DNA of 64,000 nucleotides from contig JAJEBV010000008.1 of assembly GCA_022822365.1 (NCBI GenBank), positions 169,524 to 233,523 of the forward strand, read 5' to 3'. A program made the position numbers and the translations under genes. Below are positions 10,044 to 20,300 of this stretch, piece by piece. Position 1 is the first letter of the stretch, and every line of letters starts with the position of its first letter. Below the pieces are notes generated by a model, which searched no databases, had not been told where the DNA came from, and saw only the letters and a list, made by a program, of their open reading frames with translations. This DNA is from Thermoanaerobaculia bacterium (lineage in GTDB: Bacteria > Acidobacteriota > Thermoanaerobaculia > Multivoradales > Multivoraceae).

Positions 10044-12233
10044 GTGAGCCCTCCGCATCCCAGCACGGAGCCACGGTCGACGAGAAGCGCCGGGCGCGTC
10101 GCGGTCCTCCTGCCCTGCCTCAACGAGGAGGCGACGATCGGCAGCGTCGTGGGGCAGTTTCAGACGGCCCTGCCCGAAGCCTCCATCTACGTCTGCGATA
10201 ACGGTTCGGAGGACGGCACCGCCGAAGCCGCCCGCAGGGCCGGCGCCGAGGTCATCGTCGAGGAAGGGCGCGGCAAGGGCCGGGCCGTGCGCCGCCTGTT
10301 CCAGGAAGTCGACGCCGATGTCTACCTGATCGCCGACGGCGACGGCACCTACCACGCCGCCAGCGCCGAGCGTCTCGTTTCCACGCTGGCCGGCCGCTAC
10401 CTGGACATGGTCGTCGCGGTTCGCCGGAGCACGGAGCCCGGCGCCTACACGCCGATCCGCCGCCTCGGCAACCGCCTCTTCAGCCTGCTCGCCCGGTGGC
10501 GCTGCCACCGAGCCGTCCGGGACCTGCTCTCCGGTTACCGCGCTTTCTCCCGCCGGTATGTCGACGCCTTCCCGGCCCGCTCCGACGGCTTCGAGGTCGA
10601 GACCGAGATGACCCTGTTCGCCGCGTCGGCGGGAATGGCCTGGGACGAGATCGAGTGCCCCTACTTCGCGCGCCCGCCAGGGTCGCGAAGCAAACTGCAC
10701 GCCTTCCGGGACGGTCTCCGGATCCTCCAGACGCTCCTCTGGGCGCCCGCTGCGGCCGCGGGTGAGCAGCGCCTCGGCGCCTTGCGGGCCGCCGTCCTGG
10801 TGGCCGCGGTAACGGCCGTCGCCACGGCCTCCTTCCTCGGCCTCAACTGGCTCGCGGCGACCGCCGATCCGGAGCCCGTTGCCGACGCTCTCCGGGCCTC
10901 GTACGAGCACCCGGAACGCACTCTCGAGGACTCCGCCGAGCGCTTCAACGACTGCCTGCTGAGCCTGATGGCGCTCGACCGCGGCGGCACGCTCGTCGAA
11001 CGTACCGTCTCGCCCCGGCGCGTCTACCGCTACACCCGGCCCCAGCGCCCCTGCGACGCCCTCGAGCAGCGGCTGAGCCAGGGGGCGGTCGACGACTCCG
11101 ACTACCTGACCGTCTTCTACCACCAGTACTGGGCCGGCCAGCGGGTGATGCTGCAGGGGCTGCTGCCGCCGCTCGGCGTCGACGGCCTGAGGCGAACGCT
11201 GCGGGTGCTGACGTTCGGCCTGCTCGGGCTCGGGTTCTTCGGCGCGCTGGGACGCATCGTCCTTCTCTTCATCGGCCGCGAGCCCGAAAGCAAGGCGGCC
11301 GGAGGCCGGCCGGAAGGCCGGCGCACCGACAGGGCGGCGCCGCGCCAGAGCGCCGGCAACTCGAGGCGCTGGCGCGAGCACTTCTTCCAGGCGACTGCCC
11401 TCGCCGCCCTCTTCCTCAGCCTGTTCCTGTTCCTCGACCTGGACCGTCGCGCGGGGAGCTTCACCACCGGCGCCTCCAACGTCCTGACTCTCGCCCTGCT
11501 CGTGGCGGTGCCGGCGTTCGGGATCGCCAACTGGAAACCGGGACGCCAGGTCCTCCTCTTCGCCGGTTTCGGCGCCGCGATCGCCTACCACGAACTCCTC
11601 TTCGGCAGCGCCCTGATCGGCCTGGTCTGCGTGCTCCTCGCCCTCTCCACGGCGCCGCCCCCCGTCCACGCCACGGTCGCGGTCGCCCGGCACTGGTGGC
11701 CCGCCCTCTACCTGCGCTGCGGCGGCGCCTACGTCGGTTGCCTCTCCGCCGTCTTCCTGCTCCGCGTCGTCATCGCCGAGTTCGTGTTCAGGGAACCGGT
11801 GCTGTTCAAGTTCTGGGATCAGCTCACGCACCGGCTCTACGGAGCGCCCCGCAGTTCGATCCATCCCGATATCGACGTCTTCTACGCCTCCCGGCCGACC
11901 TTGGAGAGGTTCCTCGAACGGCTCGGAAACAACCTGGGCACCGTCGGCTTCGGCTCGACCGCGGTCGCCCTCATCCTGATCGGCGGCGCGGCACTGATCC
12001 TGATCGCCGCGACCGTCTTCGTCCTGAAGCAACGGCCTTCCCTGGAAGAACCCTGGCGCTGGCTCGGCGTTCTCGCCGCCGGCTGGTGCGTTCCCGCGTG
12101 GTACGTCGTCTTCTCTGCTCACTCGATGGCGCACGTACCGGTGGCGATCCGCCTGCTGGCGCTGCCCTACGCGGCGGCGGCGGTGCTCATCGTGGGCGTT
12201 GCGGTGTTCGGCCGGCGGACCGAGGTTGTTTGA
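10044..12233 (+). CDS. family-2 glycosyltransferase fused to a large polytopic membrane domain
   Basis: The N-terminus (VAVLLPCLNEE...YVCDNGSEDGT...IADGDGTY) is a GT-A/GT2 fold with a DXD motif. The C-terminal ~450 aa has many hydrophobic helices. Confidence 0.75.
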   Translation: MSPPHPSTEPRSTRSAGRVAVLLPCLNEEATIGSVVGQFQTALPEASIYVCDNGSEDGTAEAARRAGAEVIVEEGRGKGRAVRRLFQEVDADVYLIADGDGTYHAASAERLVSTLAGRYLDMVVAVRRSTEPGAYTPIRRLGNRLFSLLARWRCHRAVRDLLSGYRAFSRRYVDAFPARSDGFEVETEMTLFAASAGMAWDEIECPYFARPPGSRSKLHAFRDGLRILQTLLWAPAAAAGEQRLGALRAAVLVAAVTAVATASFLGLNWLAATADPEPVADALRASYEHPERTLEDSAERFNDCLLSLMALDRGGTLVERTVSPRRVYRYTRPQRPCDALEQRLSQGAVDDSDYLTVFYHQYWAGQRVMLQGLLPPLGVDGLRRTLRVLTFGLLGLGFFGALGRIVLLFIGREPESKAAGGRPEGRRTDRAAPRQSAGNSRRWREHFFQATALAALFLSLFLFLDLDRRAGSFTTGASNVLTLALLVAVPAFGIANWKPGRQVLLFAGFGAAIAYHELLFGSALIGLVCVLLALSTAPPPVHATVAVARHWWPALYLRCGGAYVGCLSAVFLLRVVIAEFVFREPVLFKFWDQLTHRLYGAPRSSIHPDIDVFYASRPTLERFLERLGNNLGTVGFGSTAVALILIGGAALILIAATVFVLKQRPSLEEPWRWLGVLAAGWCVPAWYVVFSAHSMAHVPVAIRLLALPYAAAAVLIVGVAVFGRRTEVV

Positions 12234-12350
12234 AATCTCGGAGCTACTCATCATGAGATTGCGGACTGGAGATTCAGAAATCTCGGAGCTAGTGATCTTG
12301 AAATCTCGGAGTACACTAACCGGAAATCTCGGAGTACAACTGAGACTTCG
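12231..12350. repeat. AT-rich cluster of four direct 12-mer repeats GAAATCTCGGAG, with degenerate and inverted partial copies, upstream of the ATPase gene
   Basis: Exact copies at 12232, 12277, 12300 and 12323 (spacings 45, 23, 23). Partial inverted copies occur (gagatt at about 12255 and 12270). Local GC about 45% against a ~70% background. The 11-mer CTTGAAATCTC (12297-12307) recurs inverted at 33913-33923. Confidence 0.7.
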
Positions 12351-12365
12351 GTTAGAGTCGTCGAG

Positions 12366-13520
12366 ATGATCGACCGGGCCGAGTACCTCAGGCGAATGGC
12401 AACCGCCACGAAGCGATCGCCGGTCACGTCCCTGCTCGGACCGCGCCAGTGCGGCAAGACCACCCTGGCCCGTGAGTTCGCTTCGACCCGCGCGGCAACC
12501 CTGTTCGACCTGGGATCGGAGGCGGACGTCCGCCGGCTCAGCAACCCCGAGCTGGTCCTGGGCGAGCTCGAAGGACTCGTCGTCCTGGACGAGATCCAGA
12601 TCATGCCCCGCCTCTTCCGCGTCCTCCGCGTCCTTGCCGACCGGCCGGACTCCCACACGCGTTTCCTGATCCTCGGCAGTGCGTCCCCGGAAATCGTGGG
12701 CGGCGCCGCGGAGTCGCTGGCCGGCCGGGTCGAGTTCATCGACATGACCGGCTTCGACCTGGCCGAGACCGGCGCAGCCGATCTGCGGAAACTCTGGCGG
12801 CGCGGCGGCTTTCCCCGCTCCTACCTTGCCTCTTCCGAAGCCGACAGCTCGCGTTGGCGCAGCGGGTTCCTCCGGACCTTCCTGCGAAGGGATCTCCCGC
12901 AACTCGGTATCGCGATTCCTCCCACAGCAATGCGGCGCTTCTGGACCACCCTGGCGCACTACCACGGCCAGATCTGGAACGCGGCCAAACTCGGCCGATC
13001 GATCGGCGTCTCGGACAAGACGGCTCGCCACTACCTCGACCTGCTGACCGGCGCCTTCATGGTCCGCCAACTCCAGCCCTGGTTCGAGAACACGGCCAAG
13101 CGCCAGGTCAAAGCGCCCAAGACCTACATCCGCGACACCGGCCTCCTGCATTCGCTACTCGGCATCGGCAAGGACCAAGAACTCCTGGGTCACGCCCGCG
13201 TCGGCGCGTCCTGGGAGGGCTTCGCCATCGAGCAGGTCTTGAGCGCCCTCGGCCAACCCGACGCCTGGTTCTGGGCCACCCACGGCGGCGGCGAAGTCGA
13301 CCTGATGGTCCTTGCGCGCGGCCTCCGCATCGGCTTCGAGATGAAGTTCAGCGAAGCGCCCAAGGTCACCACGTCGATACGCAACGCAGCCGAAACGCTG
13401 GCGCTCGACCACCTCTTCGTCGTCTGCCCCACGCGGCACACCTATCCGGTGACCGAGAAGATCACTGTGCTGTCGGCAGGCGACATTCCCGGCTTGCGCG
13501 ACCGGATCGAGGCTCTCTAA
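12366..13520 (+). CDS. AAA-superfamily ATPase, DUF4143/COG1373 family
   Basis: 384 aa. Walker A GPRQCGKTT, Walker B VVLDEIQ. The C-terminal region is typical of the 'ATPase (AAA+ superfamily)' DUF4143 proteins. Confidence 0.8.
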   Translation: MIDRAEYLRRMATATKRSPVTSLLGPRQCGKTTLAREFASTRAATLFDLGSEADVRRLSNPELVLGELEGLVVLDEIQIMPRLFRVLRVLADRPDSHTRFLILGSASPEIVGGAAESLAGRVEFIDMTGFDLAETGAADLRKLWRRGGFPRSYLASSEADSSRWRSGFLRTFLRRDLPQLGIAIPPTAMRRFWTTLAHYHGQIWNAAKLGRSIGVSDKTARHYLDLLTGAFMVRQLQPWFENTAKRQVKAPKTYIRDTGLLHSLLGIGKDQELLGHARVGASWEGFAIEQVLSALGQPDAWFWATHGGGEVDLMVLARGLRIGFEMKFSEAPKVTTSIRNAAETLALDHLFVVCPTRHTYPVTEKITVLSAGDIPGLRDRIEAL

Positions 13521-13596
13521 CAACGCACCTGCGCACACCGACTTCCCCACAGAGCAACGCGGCCACCTTGCGGGCTAGAATCGCGCCGATTAGACG

Positions 13597-13881
13597 ATGA
13601 CTCGACCAATCGAAGTCAAACCCCGCAACGGATTCAAGCTCTGGCTCCGCTTCTCGGACGGTGCCGAAGGCGTCGTTGACCTCTCCCGCCTTGCCGGCAG
13701 GGGCGTCTTCCGATACTGGGCCAACGCGGACGCCTTTGACACAGTTCGGGTGGCCGAGCACGGCGCCGTCGTGTGGGGCGATGACGTGGAGCTATGCCCC
13801 GACGCGTTGTACCTCAAGGTCACCGGCAAGGCCGTTGACGAAGTGATGCCCGGGGCCGCTCAGCTCCTGTGCAATGCATGA
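13597..13881 (+). CDS. DUF2442-family small protein
   Basis: 94 aa. The pattern IEVKPRNGFKLWLRFSDGAEGVVDLS matches the DUF2442 N-terminal signature. Confidence 0.55.
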   Translation: MTRPIEVKPRNGFKLWLRFSDGAEGVVDLSRLAGRGVFRYWANADAFDTVRVAEHGAVVWGDDVELCPDALYLKVTGKAVDEVMPGAAQLLCNA

Positions 13882-13945
13882 ACTTTGCCGCTCCTGAAGG
13901 CAGGCCCTGAGCCACGGCTGCGGAGCCAGTAGCGACAAACCGGTC

Positions 13946-16900
13946 ATGCAGCCGTCAGCACCGCCGTCCATCCCCCGGGTGGGCATGCTCGCCCGGGTCC
14001 GCAACCGCCGCGGCATCGTCGCTTCCGTCGAGCCATTCGACAACCCACACGGCGCTGACGCCGGCCGGCTGCATCTGGTCCAGGTCGAGTACAAGGACCA
14101 CGACTCTCCGCACAGCGAGCGTCTCCTCTGGGAACTCGAACCGGGGCGCAAGCTGCTCCCACCAAGCCAGCTGCCGCGGGTCCACGACACCTCGCCGATG
14201 CCGGCCGAGGACTTCGACGCCCTGGTCCGCGCCGCACGCTGGACAGCCCTCATGCCGTACCTCGATCCCGACGGCGCCGGCCCGCTCGACCGCCAGCCGG
14301 TGTCGAGCCCGCTGCACAGCGGCATCCGGGTAGAGGACTACCAGCTCGTCCCCCTGCTGCGCGCGCTGCAGATGCCGCGAGTGAACCTCCTCATCGCCGA
14401 CGATGTCGGACTCGGCAAGACCGTCGAAGCCGGGCTCATCCTCAAGGAGCTCCTGCTGCGCCGACGCATCCGCCGAGTGCTCGTCCTGGCGCCCGCGGCA
14501 CTGCGCATGCAGTGGCGCGAGGAGCTCGACACCAAGTTCGCCCTGCCGTTCGAGGTCGTCGACCGCGACCGGACCGAGCGCTTGCGCCGCGAACTCGGCA
14601 TCGACGCAAACCCCTGGCGCTCGTTCAGCCGCATCGTCGCCTCCTACCACTACCTGCGCCAGCCGGACATCCAGGAGCAGTTCCTGGCCGCCAGCCAGAC
14701 GCACGACGGGTCGCCCCGGCTTGCCTGGGACCTCCTGATCGTCGACGAATGCCACAACCTGATGCCCTCGCCCTTCGGCGACGACAGCGAGCTGTGCCAG
14801 ATGCTGCGGCGGATCGCACCCTGCTTCGAACACCGGCTGTTCCTCTCCGCCACGCCGCACAACGGCCACACCCGGTCGTTCACCGGTCTGCTGGAGATCC
14901 TCGACCCGGTGCGCGTCAGCCAGACCGACGAACTGACCAACCGCGCCCGGGCCCGCGTCGGCCAGTTGGTGGTCCGCCGCCTGAAACGCGAGCTGAACCA
15001 GGAGTCCGCCGCGCCCCGGTTCTGCACTCGCAACCCACCGGAACCTCTCCTTCTCCACCGGAGCCGGCGCGAACAAACCCTGTCCGAGGCCTTCCACGCC
15101 TTCCGCACGGCCGTCCGCGGCGCCATCGCGGCCGGCCAGGCCCGCGAACGGGCGGGGACCTTCGCGATCGAGATCCTGGGCAAGCGCCTCCTGTCCTGCC
15201 CGACCGCCTTCGCCGACTCCTGGTACCGCGCGCGCGACGGCTACGCCCGAGCCGAACGGGCCGCAAGAGCCGCGACCGACGCCGACGTGACGGCGGCGCA
15301 ACGCTCAGTCGAGCGCGAAACCTCGGACGACCGGGAGACCGAAGAGCGCACGGGAACCGCTGCCGGCGTCGTCGGCGCCTGGCTGCTCAACGTGGCGGAC
15401 TCGGTCGCCGCCGAGATGACGGCCATCGACAACGTCCTCGAAGCCCTCGGCTTCACGCCGGACGGTCCGCCGGCCATCGAGCAGACTCCCAGGGTCGACG
15501 CCCGCTTCGACGCCCTGTCGGACCTGATCGACCGGCTCCTGCTTCTCCCGGCCGCCACTGACTCGACGCCTGCCTTCCACGACGACGAACGCCTCGTCGT
15601 CTTCACCGAGTACAAGACGACCCTCGACTACCTCGAACGGCGCCTGCGAGAGCGCTACGACTCCCGCGTGCTGACTCTCTTCGGGTCCGGCGGCGCCGGC
15701 GGCATGGACGACACCGACCGCAACCGGGTCCGGGAGGCCTTCAACGACCAGGACTCCGAGGTGCGCATCCTGATCGCTACCGACGCCGCCTCCGAAGGCC
15801 TGAACCTGCACCGCAGCGCGCGCTACCTGTTGCACTACGACTGCCCCTGGAACCCCTCTCGCTTGGAGCAACGCAACGGCCGGCTCGACCGCTACGGCCA
15901 GGCTCGCGACGTGACGGTGCATCACTTCCTGAGCAACGACGACCCGGACCTCCGGTTCCTCGACCACGTGATCAAGAAGGCCGACGAGATCCGCGAAGAC
16001 CTGGGATCGGTGAACGAACTCTTCGATGTCGCCGCTCACCGCCGGCTGATCGAGGGCGAGGACCTGCGAAGGGTCCAGTTCGACCTGAACCACGGACTCG
16101 AACATGAAGTCGAACGGCTACGAAGCCAGGGAATCCCAGGCCTGACCGCTTTTTCCTCGCAGGAGCAACTCGGCGAGGCGGAACTGCTCCGCGTTCGCGG
16201 CGGCCGGGCACTGGCCGACGAGGATCCGGCCAAGCGCCTGGCCGCGCTGGCCACCGAGATCGACTTCGATGCCGCCGCGCTCCGGCTCACGCTCGAAGCT
16301 GCCATGGCCGCCACCGGCGGAGGCCGGCCGCAACTTCGCCACGCTCCGGCCGAAGACGACTTCTGGCGTCTCCTCCGCCCGGATCTCCCGGGCTGGCGCG
16401 ACACGATCGACGAGTCGGTACGGCAGCCGACCAAAGACGGTGTTCACGGCGGGACCCGGTCACTCGCCTTCGACCCCGACTCCCTGCTACGCCGGGTGGG
16501 CGGCCGCGGCGTGTTCTCCCCACGGCAAGAGGTCGCGCTGCTCCACCTGGCGCATCCGATGATCGAGCGCACGCTGCGCGTGCTCACGCAACACCGCCTG
16601 CCGGGCCCAAACGAAAAGGCGCGTTGGACAGTGCGGCGCGGCGGCGTACCCCACGGCGTCGACGCCCTGATCCTGCTCAGCCTGGAGGAACTCGCCGTCA
16701 ACGAACTCCGCGAGACCTTCCACCACTGGGTGCGGACAATCGCCTTTCCCGTTCAGGGAGGCGTTCTAGGCGAACGCGAGCGCCACGTCCCCGCCCGCAA
16801 CCTGGCCGCTTCCGCGCGTGCGGCCCGCACAGACGCCGGCAACGGATCACTTCCCGGCGACTTGTCCGCACCGACGCAAGCCGAGGAGGACCTTGCAAGA

Positions 16901-17347
16901 ACGATCTTCCTCGATGTCGAAGCCGACCTGGAAGCCGTCGTGACCCGCCACGCCGAAGGCCTGACCGAGTCGCTGCGCGAGCAGTTGCAAGTCGACGGCC
17001 AGGAAGCCCTGAAACGCGAAGACGAGCGCTACCGCAGCCGCCAGGGCGAAGTCTCCGAACTGATCGAGCAAACCCGCATCCAACGGCTGGAACGAGAGAT
17101 CGAGAAACTCCGCCGCGAGCAGCAGCAACGCCTCCTCTTCGATCAACGCCGCGACCTGGAGCGCATCGCCGGCTCCATCCAGGAGAAGCAACGCGAGATC
17201 GAGCATCGCCGGCGCCACTACGAAGACGCACGCGAGCAACTGGAACTCGAGCGCCGGCGGATCGTCGACCGACTCCTGCCGAGGCGCCACGCGCTCGCCG
17301 GGAAGGCGCAGGCCTTCCCCGTCGCCGTCGAGGTGCGGCTACCTTGA
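13946..17347 (+). CDS. SNF2-family helicase (DISARM DrmD-like)
   Basis: 1133 aa. SNF2 N-domain motifs (LIADDVGLGKT, DLLIVDECHNL, LFLSATPHNG) and a helicase C-domain (LIATDAASEGLNL, CPWNPSRLEQRNGRLDRYGQ). Coiled-coil C-terminus. Immediately upstream of an N6-adenine MTase. Confidence 0.8.
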   Translation: MQPSAPPSIPRVGMLARVRNRRGIVASVEPFDNPHGADAGRLHLVQVEYKDHDSPHSERLLWELEPGRKLLPPSQLPRVHDTSPMPAEDFDALVRAARWTALMPYLDPDGAGPLDRQPVSSPLHSGIRVEDYQLVPLLRALQMPRVNLLIADDVGLGKTVEAGLILKELLLRRRIRRVLVLAPAALRMQWREELDTKFALPFEVVDRDRTERLRRELGIDANPWRSFSRIVASYHYLRQPDIQEQFLAASQTHDGSPRLAWDLLIVDECHNLMPSPFGDDSELCQMLRRIAPCFEHRLFLSATPHNGHTRSFTGLLEILDPVRVSQTDELTNRARARVGQLVVRRLKRELNQESAAPRFCTRNPPEPLLLHRSRREQTLSEAFHAFRTAVRGAIAAGQARERAGTFAIEILGKRLLSCPTAFADSWYRARDGYARAERAARAATDADVTAAQRSVERETSDDRETEERTGTAAGVVGAWLLNVADSVAAEMTAIDNVLEALGFTPDGPPAIEQTPRVDARFDALSDLIDRLLLLPAATDSTPAFHDDERLVVFTEYKTTLDYLERRLRERYDSRVLTLFGSGGAGGMDDTDRNRVREAFNDQDSEVRILIATDAASEGLNLHRSARYLLHYDCPWNPSRLEQRNGRLDRYGQARDVTVHHFLSNDDPDLRFLDHVIKKADEIREDLGSVNELFDVAAHRRLIEGEDLRRVQFDLNHGLEHEVERLRSQGIPGLTAFSSQEQLGEAELLRVRGGRALADEDPAKRLAALATEIDFDAAALRLTLEAAMAATGGGRPQLRHAPAEDDFWRLLRPDLPGWRDTIDESVRQPTKDGVHGGTRSLAFDPDSLLRRVGGRGVFSPRQEVALLHLAHPMIERTLRVLTQHRLPGPNEKARWTVRRGGVPHGVDALILLSLEELAVNELRETFHHWVRTIAFPVQGGVLGERERHVPARNLAASARAARTDAGNGSLPGDLSAPTQAEEDLARTIFLDVEADLEAVVTRHAEGLTESLREQLQVDGQEALKREDERYRSRQGEVSELIEQTRIQRLEREIEKLRREQQQRLLFDQRRDLERIAGSIQEKQREIEHRRRHYEDAREQLELERRRIVDRLLPRRHALAGKAQAFPVAVEVRLP

Positions 17348-20300
17348 GCCTCCAGGGCTGGAACGATCTGCGCCACGGCGGCCTGCTGCTCGACGCGCAA
17401 CGCCAAAGCGAAATCGCCGCCTCCACCCGTGCCCGCGTCCTCGATCCGTGGCTGGAGAGCGAGGCCCGCCGGCGGGCCGACCTGCTCCGCGACCCTGGCG
17501 CCGCCAACGCCGGCGAACGCACCGAGTTCGTCAGCTTCGTGCTGGAGAGCCTGTGCGGCTTCGAACCGGACGACCTGGGCAGCCGCTGGCTGCGCGGCAG
17601 CCGCATCCCAGCGGAATGGAGCCGTCGCGCCCTGACCGGCGAAAGCGTCCGCCCAAACCACCTATGGCTGGGGCCGAAGGGAGCCGTCCTCCCCGTCTTC
17701 GTCACCGGCGACAGGCAGGTCGGCATCGGCCGCGGCCGGCGCGAAACGAGCCGCGCCCTCGGTTGGCTGCGCGCCGGCAACGAACGGCTCGCCCTGCTCA
17801 CCAACGGCCGCCAGTGGCGGCTTCTCTTCGCCGGCCTCGACTTCGACGCCTGGTGCCAGTGGGACGCCGACCTCTGGTTCGCCGAGGGGGCTCCCACGCC
17901 GGCCCTGAACGCGCTGCTCACGCTGATCCAACCGGAGCTCTGGACACCCGAGGAAGAAGGCGCCGACCCGCCCCTGCTGCGCGCGGTCCGCGACAGCCGC
18001 AAGGGCCAGTCCGAACTCTCCGAGGCACTCGGCGAACGTGTGCGCGAGGCGGTCGAACGCCTGATCCAGGGCCACGGCGAAGCCCTGAAGCAAGAGTGCG
18101 CGACCGTGGACAAGGCCGACATCTACCGCGCCGCCTGCCGCGTCGTCATGCGCCTGGTGGTCATCCTCTTCGCCGAAGCGCGGGGACTGCTGCCGCGGAA
18201 CGACGCCGTCTACCACGACAGCTACGGCCTGGGCGGCCTGCACGAATCGCTGCGGCGCCGGGCGGCGGCCGGACGCTCGCAAACCCAGAGCTACGGGGCC
18301 TGGCCGCGGCTGCTGGCGCTGTTCAAGCTGGTCCGCAAGGGCTCACACCACCCCGACCTTGCCGTTCCCGCCTACGGCGGCGACCTGTTCGCACCCGGAT
18401 CGCCTACAGCCGACGACCGCCTTTCGCGCGCTCTGGCCGTCTTCGAGACCGCGTGTCTCGACGGCGAACTCCTCTCCGACGCCGAAGTCCACGAGATGCT
18501 GGAGCGTCTCACCCGGACCCGCATCCGCATCCGCCAGGGCAAGACCAGCCGCCTCGTAGCGGCGTCCGTCGACTTCTCCGATCTCTCGACCGAGTACATC
18601 GGCGTCCTCTACGAGGGTCTGCTCGACTACGAACTCAAGACGGCGCCGAGCGACGACTCGATCATCTTCCTTGCCGTCGGCGAGCAGCCGGCGCTGCCCC
18701 TGTCACGACTGGAAGAAATGGACGACAAGGCCCTCCGCAGCCTCTTCGCCGCGATGAAGAAGGCGTCCAGCCCCGACGCCGACGAGGATTCAGCGCCCAC
18801 CGACTCCGCATCCGACGACGCTCCCCCACTGGGTGCGCCGGCGCCCCCGCCGGCATCGGGCGCGACGCCGCGAAGCGGCGAGCCCGAACCCACCGAAGAC
18901 CCCCGCCAGACCATCCGCACCCACGCCGAAGCCTGGGCCCGCCACGCCGCCCTCACTGCCGGCCTCGTGAAGAAACCACCGAAGTCCCAAGCAACCCTCC
19001 TCTCCTCCCACGAAGACGAACTCCGCAAACGCGCCGCCCAACTCGTCAACCGCGTCGTCCTGCCCAACGAGTGGTACCTCGTGCGCTGGGGCGGCACCCG
19101 CAAGGGCTCCGGCAGCTTCTACACACGGCCCGGCCTCACCGTGCCCACCGTGCAACGCACTCTTCGCCCGCTGGCCTACGACCCGCCGCTCGATGACGAC
19201 GGCAAACCCGACCGCGATGCCCCACCCGCGGACTGGACTCCTAGGCGTCCCGAGGACATCCTGAGCCTGAAGGTCTGCGACCCGGCCTGCGGCTCCGGCA
19301 GCTTCCCGCTGGCCGCACTCCGCTTCCTCACCGACGCGCTCTACGCCTCCGTCCGGCACCACCGCCGCATCGAAGACCGGGACGACCGCTCCCTCGTCCG
19401 CCTGCTCGGCCTGGACGACTCCGGGGAGACCGAGGCCGATGCCGTCGAGCGACCGGGCGACGAACTCATCCCCTGCCCACCCGACGCCGACGACTTCGAG
19501 CCGCGGCTGCGCGCCGTTCTGCGGCGCTACGTAGTCGAACGCTGCATCTACGGTGTCGACGTCGACCCGCTGGCCGTTTCCCTCTGCCAGCTCTCCCTGT
19601 GGATCGAGACGATGGACCGGGACCTCCCCTTCTCCTTCCTCGACCACAAGATCCGCTGCGGCAACTCGCTCATCGGCGCCTGGTTCGACCAGTTCCAGCA
19701 CTACCCCGCGATGGCCTGGAAGAACCGCGAAGCCGGCGACAAGAACCATTCCAACGGCGTCCACTACGAGAAGGGCGCCCAGACCAAGGCGATAAAGGAG
19801 TGGGTCAAGAACGAACTGACCCCCGACCTGCGGCACACCCTGGAGGGCCGCACCCTCTTCCACGAAGACCTGCTCGAACAGGCGGCCGCCGCCCACGGCG
19901 CCGCCCTCGAAGGCCTGGAACGCATGCACCGGCTCCCCATCCGGGACTCCGCCGCCCGTGCCCGCCTCTACCGCGAGGAACTGACCGGTTCCGACGAGTG
20001 GCGCTCGCTCAAGAACGCGATGGACCTCTGGTGCGCCTGCTGGTTCTGGCCCGCCGACGAACTGGACCGCGCTCCCCTGCCCACCACGTTCACCGACCCC
20101 GGGCCCGAGACGCGCGCCGTAGCCGAACGCATCGCAGCCGCGATGCGCTTCTTCCACTGGGAACTGGAGTTCCCGGATGTGTTCCGGGAAGAGGGAGCGG
20201 GCTTCGACGCGATGCTGGGCAACCCACCATGGGACATCGCCAAACCGAAGTCGCAGGAGTTCTTCTCCAGCATCGATCCGCTCTACCGCTCCTACGGCAA

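Noticed and set aside
9939-13151. 1070-aa minus-strand ORF
   Set aside because: It is antisense to the GT2 and ATPase genes and has an Arg/Gly-biased low-complexity translation.
16624-17343. N-terminal ~240 aa of track ORF 16624..22683
   Set aside because: It is an Arg/Pro-rich read-through in a different frame across the 3' end of the SNF2 gene. The real MTase start is the TTG at 17344, which overlaps the upstream stop.
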